From an uncultured delta proteobacterium (GTDB taxonomy: Bacteria; Desulfobacterota; Binatia; UBA9968), in the NCBI GenBank assembly GCA_963737905.1, contig CAVTUQ010000035.1, positions 1 through 40,379 on the forward strand: DNA of 40,379 nt, in the 5' to 3' direction. Below, piece by piece: positions 36,311 to 40,379 of this stretch. The notes under the pieces are model-generated. The model worked only from the letters and a program-made list of their open reading frames with translations. It had not been told where the DNA came from and did no database searches. Positions within the stretch are counted from its first letter, which is position 1, and each line of letters starts with the position of its first letter. The translations under genes were made by a program, and so were the position numbers.

Positions 36311-37681
36311 ATGGCGGATTTCAATCTCAAGAATCCTTATGATCCGAACGTCTCGCTGGTGCACTCCGAGCACGCCGGACCGGAAACTCGAACGGACAAC
36401 GAGTCAGAGATTCCCTCCGATTCGGAAGTTATCATAGACCGGGTCGTGGAGAGCGCCGTGGTCCGTGCCGTATTCGGTCACAACGACTTGGCGCGCCGGC
36501 AGTTCTTGCAGCTCGTCGGTACAAGCACGGCGGCAGCGATCCTCAACTCCGTCTTCCCCATGGGCGCTGCAAAGGCGATGGCGCAGGATAAAGCCAAAAA
36601 CATCGAGAAGAAAGATCTAAGCATCGGATTCATCCCCATCACCTGCGCCACTCCCATTATCATGGCCGAGCCCATGGGCTTTTATAAAAAGCATGGGTTA
36701 AACGCCACCGTCCGTCGCGCCTCCGGTTGGGCAATGGTCAGAGACTGGGCCATCAATAAGGAAGTGGATGCCGCGCACATGTTGAGCCCCATGCCCCTCG
36801 CCATCACCCTGGGAGCCGGCTCGCAAAGCGTTTCCTATTTCATGCCCGCCGTAGAAAACATCAACGGCCAGGCCATCACCCTGCACAACAAGCACAAGGG
36901 GGTAAAAACCGCTAAGGATATGAAGGGCTTTCGCTTCTGCGTTCCCTTCACCTATTCAATGCACAACTACTTGCTGCGTTATTACCTTGCCGAAGGCGGC
37001 ATTCATCCCGACAAAGACGTACAGATTCGAGTCGTGCCGCCGCCGGAGATGGTAGCCAATCTCAAAGCCGACAATGTCGATGGCTATCTGGCGCCCGACC
37101 CTTTCAACCAGCGGGCGGTGTACGAGAACGCCGGCTTTATATTCATGTTGTCCAAGGAGATATGGCAGGGCCATCCTTGCTGCGCCTTCGCAATTTCGCA
37201 GGAGTTCGCCAAAACCTACCCGAACACATTTCAAGCACTCTTCAAATCCATCGTCGACGCCACCCACTATGCTTCCAAGCCGGAAAACCGCAAGGACATC
37301 GCAAAAGCGATCGCGCCCCGCAACTATCTCAACCAACCCGAGATCGTGCTCGAGCAAGTTTTGACGGGAAAGTTCGCCGATGGGCTAGGCAACATCAAGA
37401 CCGTCCCCGATCGGATCGACTTCGATCCCTTTCCCTGGCATTCGATGGCGGTCTGGATTCTGACTCAAATGAAACGTTGGAAGCACGTGGAAACTGAATT
37501 CGATTACAAGAAAGTCGCCGAACAGGTCTATCTGGCTTCGGAGTGCGACAAGATTTCCAAAGAGATGGGATATAAGACACACGGGCAAACCTACAGCAAG
37601 CATACACTGATGGGCGGCAAGGTCTTCGATCCCTCGAAGCCCGATGAGTACGCTCGCAGTTTCGCCATAAGCAATCTGTGA
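36311..37681 (+). CDS. cynA: CmpA/NrtA-family ABC substrate-binding protein, probably for cyanate
   Basis: IGFIPITCATPIIMA, HMLSPMP, NINGQAI, PFTYSMHNYLLRYYLAEGG, PDPFNQ, HPCC, RIDFDPFP; internal RRQFL; operonic with cyanase. Confidence 0.85.
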   Translation: MADFNLKNPYDPNVSLVHSEHAGPETRTDNESEIPSDSEVIIDRVVESAVVRAVFGHNDLARRQFLQLVGTSTAAAILNSVFPMGAAKAMAQDKAKNIEKKDLSIGFIPITCATPIIMAEPMGFYKKHGLNATVRRASGWAMVRDWAINKEVDAAHMLSPMPLAITLGAGSQSVSYFMPAVENINGQAITLHNKHKGVKTAKDMKGFRFCVPFTYSMHNYLLRYYLAEGGIHPDKDVQIRVVPPPEMVANLKADNVDGYLAPDPFNQRAVYENAGFIFMLSKEIWQGHPCCAFAISQEFAKTYPNTFQALFKSIVDATHYASKPENRKDIAKAIAPRNYLNQPEIVLEQVLTGKFADGLGNIKTVPDRIDFDPFPWHSMAVWILTQMKRWKHVETEFDYKKVAEQVYLASECDKISKEMGYKTHGQTYSKHTLMGGKVFDPSKPDEYARSFAISNL

Positions 37682-37713
37682 TGCGGAAATAAACGCCTCC
37701 AAAGCGCGCGGCG

Positions 37714-38592
37714 ATGAAGACTTCCACACAACCGGCCTGGGTCATTTCCCTGGTTATCCTTGCCATTTTCTTGGTCAGCTGGCACCTGGGAACCGTTCAA
37801 CCCGCCTTCAATCCAGCCGGTCTTAACGAAGAGCAGTTGATGGCCCTGGAATTCAAGGGTGACATTGTCCGCGGAGAGAACGGCGGCTACATGTATAACC
37901 CGGAGAAATCCCGGGGTATTCCCGGACCATTAGCGGTGCTAAAGAAGACGCGCGACGAATTATCTGACGCCTTCAAGAAGAAAGGAACCAATGATCACGG
38001 CATCGCCTACTTGATCCGCTACACGGTGACGCGGTTCGCCGCCGGGTTCATTTCCGCTTCGGTGGTGGCCATGCTGGTGGGAGTGCTCATCGGTCTGTCT
38101 CCGTTGTTGTATCGGGCGCTCAATCCATTCATTCAAGTTCTCAAACCGATCTCGCCGCTCGCCTGGATGCCGCTGCTACTTTACAGCGTGCAGGATCCAA
38201 CCTGGACCGCAATCCTCGTCGTCTTCATGGCATCGCTTTGGCCCACCATCGCGAACACCGCCTTCGGCGTCAGCACCATCCGCAAAGACTACCTTCAAGT
38301 CGCCAGCCTGCTCCAACTCTCGTGGTGGCGGCGGCTTTTGACCGTTGTTCTGCCCGCGGCGGCTCCTGCGATCGTTGCCGGACTGCGCATCTCTTTTGGC
38401 AGCGCTCTCGTCGCCGTAGTGCCCGCAGAGATGCTCCTGGGTGAACTTGGGGTTGGCTACCTGACTTGGATCGAGTGGAATAACCTCGACATTTCGGGGG
38501 TGATGTTCGCCATTCTTGTCGTCGGCGTCGTCGGCGTTATCTTGGACTTCGGCTTTAACCGCCTGGCTCGATTGGTCAGCTATGCCGAGTGA
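37714..38592 (+). CDS. cynB: NrtB-like ABC permease (cyanate)
   Basis: NDHGIA, NPFIQVLKPISPLAWMP, WPTIANTAFGV, AEMLLG..GVGY..WIEWNNL. Confidence 0.85.
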   Translation: MKTSTQPAWVISLVILAIFLVSWHLGTVQPAFNPAGLNEEQLMALEFKGDIVRGENGGYMYNPEKSRGIPGPLAVLKKTRDELSDAFKKKGTNDHGIAYLIRYTVTRFAAGFISASVVAMLVGVLIGLSPLLYRALNPFIQVLKPISPLAWMPLLLYSVQDPTWTAILVVFMASLWPTIANTAFGVSTIRKDYLQVASLLQLSWWRRLLTVVLPAAAPAIVAGLRISFGSALVAVVPAEMLLGELGVGYLTWIEWNNLDISGVMFAILVVGVVGVILDFGFNRLARLVSYAE

Positions 38593-38601
38593 CGAAGTCC
38601 C

Positions 38602-39418
38602 ATGGATTATCTAAGCATCGATCACGTCACCAAACACTTTCCCCTATTGAACGGATCGGGCTCTTCCAGCAACGGTAAAAGCTTTTGCGTTTTAAAGAAC
38701 GTCAGTCTGCGCGTAGCCAAAGGCGAGTTCATCACGACCATCGGGCATTCCGGATGCGGCAAAAGCACCCTGCTCAATATCATCGCCGGCTTCGACAAAG
38801 GATCGGAAGGCGGAATCATACTAGAAGGCAAGGAAGTGAGCCAACCAGGTTTGGATCGCATGGTCGTGTTTCAGAGTTTCGCCCTCATGCCCTGGCTAAC
38901 GGCCTTTAACAACATCCGTTTGGCCGTGAAGGCAGCCTACCCTGATTGGCATGAAAGCAAAGTACGCGAACACACCCAAAAGTATATCGATATGATGGGG
39001 CTTAGAGGCGCGGAAGGAAAACAGGCCCGCTTTTCTTTCCGGAGGCATGCGGCAGAGAGTGGGGCTTGCCCGCGCGTTTGCAGTGGAACCCAAAGTTCTT
39101 CTTCTCGACGAGCCTTTCGCTCAGATCGACGCTTTGACCCGGGGAGTGATCCAGGAAGAACTCGTCCGCATGTGGTCGGCGACTCAAAGCACCGTCTTCA
39201 TGGTCACCCACGACGTCGACGAAGCGATCCTGCTATCGGATCGGATTGCTCTCATGACCAATAGTCCCGAAGCTAAAATTGCCGATTGCCTGGAAGTCAA
39301 TATTTCTCGGCCGCGCAGCCGGGCAACCATCATCGATTTGCCGGAATACACGCGGATCAGAAATCACATTTTACATTTTCTTATGACCCAGGGGTCACAA
39401 GGAAAGGCGGAGGTATGA
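38602..39418 (+). pseudogene. cynD: NrtD-like ABC ATPase (cyanate), split by a +1 frameshift that may be a sequencing error
   Basis: IGHSGCGKST in the first frame. Removing one base in GAAGGAAAACAGG (39013-39025) restores RPAFLSGGMRQRV...LLLDEPF...VTHDVDEA, giving 271 aa. Confidence 0.85.
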
Positions 39419-39437
39419 GCCAAACTGGAGCATAAGA

Positions 39438-39541
39438 ATTCACCGCCGAGACGCCGAGAGGCGCACAGTTGGACAAAATTCGGATTTCGAAATTCGAATT
39501 TCGAAACTTTACTCTGTGCGCTCCGTGCCTCTGTGGTGAAT
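39438..39541. repeat. Inverted repeat ATTCACCGCCGAG...CTCTGTGGTGAAT with an internal (TTCGAAA)-type heptamer array
   Basis: Same family as 28673-28760; the loop contains ATTCGGATTTCGAAATTCGAATTTCGAAA. Confidence 0.7.
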
Positions 39542-39608
39542 AAGGTTGTCAGACGACAGAATCATTCGACGAATGGGTAAAATACCACACTGAAAGGGAG
39601 GCAATGAC

Positions 39609-40082
39609 ATGGATCAAGGAAAATTGATGAGCCGCGATGAGGCGACGGATTATATGCTTGCGGCGAAAAAGGCCAAAGGGCTCAGCTTCGAGGAAATCAG
39701 CAAGTCCGTCGGACGAGACAAAGTATGGGTGACGGCCGCCATCATGGGCCAGGCGTCTATGTCCAAAGAGGAAGCCGAAAAAACCGTCAAGACCCTGGGC
39801 GTAAGCGAAGGCCTTGCGAGCCAGATCGCGGACTCGCTGCAGGAGATGCCGATGAAAGGTTCCCTGGATTCCAGCGTGCCCGTAGATCCGTTGATCTACC
39901 GCTTCCACGAAATTACCCAAGTCTATGGCACAACCATGAAAGCCTTAATTCACGAAATGTTTGGCGACGGCATTATGAGCGCCATCGATTTTGAGATCGA
40001 CATTCAGAAAAAGCCGGACCCGAAGGGCGACCGGGTCGTCGTCACGTATAGCGGCAAATTTCTCCCTTATCGGAAGTGGTAA
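39609..40082 (+). CDS. cynS: Cyanate hydratase (cyanase)
   Basis: PVDPLIYRFHEI, YGTTMKALIHEMFGDGIMSAIDF, GDRVVVTYSGKFLPY (catalytic Arg, Glu, Ser). Confidence 0.97.
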   Translation: MDQGKLMSRDEATDYMLAAKKAKGLSFEEISKSVGRDKVWVTAAIMGQASMSKEEAEKTVKTLGVSEGLASQIADSLQEMPMKGSLDSSVPVDPLIYRFHEITQVYGTTMKALIHEMFGDGIMSAIDFEIDIQKKPDPKGDRVVVTYSGKFLPYRKW

Positions 40083-40243
40083 ACTGTAGCTTCGTTCGAT
40101 CTATCTTCGCTTCCGCTCCTTAACCACGGAAGTGAAGGCAGCGCATTCTCGCGCTTTTTGTATTGGTCAAACGCCTTCCGTTTGACAACCGGCGCTTCCT
40201 TCGACTAGCTTAGGCTATCTATCCACAATAAAGGAGACCCGCG

Positions 40244-40379
40244 ATGTTCGCACAGATAAAGCACATGGCAATTGTCAGCAGCAACGTGAACCATGAAGGT
40301 GATTTCTACAAAGATATTTTTGGCATGAAGCGCTCTGGAGTGGCGCGGACCGGAGGTGCGGTCGTCGTGCGCGATGGTT
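40244..40379 (+). CDS. VOC/glyoxalase family protein (partial, runs off the window)
   Basis: AAGGAG then ATG: MFAQIKHMAIVSSNVNHEGDFYKDIFGMK...AVVVRDG; TTGACA at 40182 upstream. Confidence 0.75.
   Translation, partial: MFAQIKHMAIVSSNVNHEGDFYKDIFGMKRSGVARTGGAVVVRDG

Noticed and set aside
39013-39035. Programmed ribosomal frameshift in cynD
   Set aside because: GGAAAAC is only weakly slippery, there is no obvious stimulatory structure, the truncated product would lack the ABC signature, and similar +1 indels occur elsewhere in the window.
36311-39418. Transporter as a nitrate (nrtABCD) or bicarbonate (cmp) system
   Set aside because: There is no nitrate/nitrite reductase or NrtC-type fused subunit nearby, and cynS follows directly. 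Cyanate is the best call, though nitrite transport is not excluded.
1-40379. tRNA, rRNA, transposase, integrase or prophage genes
   Set aside because: No cloverleaf, rRNA-like segment, or DDE/tyrosine/serine recombinase or phage motif was recognised by eye. A tRNAscan/Rfam run would be needed to exclude small RNAs.

Overview
A moderately GC-rich bacterial chromosome segment that is mostly metabolic. The many NMT1/THI5-type binding proteins and the intergenic repeat style suggest a deltaproteobacterial/Binatia-like organism, but this is inference only. From left to right it holds: a HEPN/degenerate-MNT pair and a TIGR02574-type/RelE-ParE toxin-antitoxin pair followed by an attC-like hairpin; a mitochondrial-type aconitase and a TauE protein; an aromatic/keto-acid catabolic neighbourhood (class II aldolase, MDR oxidoreductase, LigB+LigA-type dioxygenase, NMT1 binding protein, dienelactone hydrolase); two paralogous pyruvate-carboxylase-like carboxyltransferases that lack a biotin domain, end in an AccB-N-terminus-like tail and flank a CouO-like amidohydrolase; DUF423, ald, a DHH phosphoesterase and a cupin; an uncharacterised envelope cluster (GH-like lipoprotein, TPR lipoprotein, 838-aa secreted TPR protein); a NitT/TauT ABC system with two permeases and two binding proteins, a Rid protein and a D-2-hydroxyacid dehydrogenase; phoD with a small permease, a hypothetical protein, a PuuE-like hydrolase, an enoyl-CoA hydratase and an aldehyde dehydrogenase; and a cynABD-cynS cyanate operon with a sigma54 promoter and a clear ANTAR twin-hairpin antiterminator leader. 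Four genes carry single frameshifts, possibly sequencing errors. Many intergenic gaps hold palindromic repeats built from 7-, 8- or 9-mers, some composite and some nested. No rRNA, tRNA, CRISPR array or transposase was seen.
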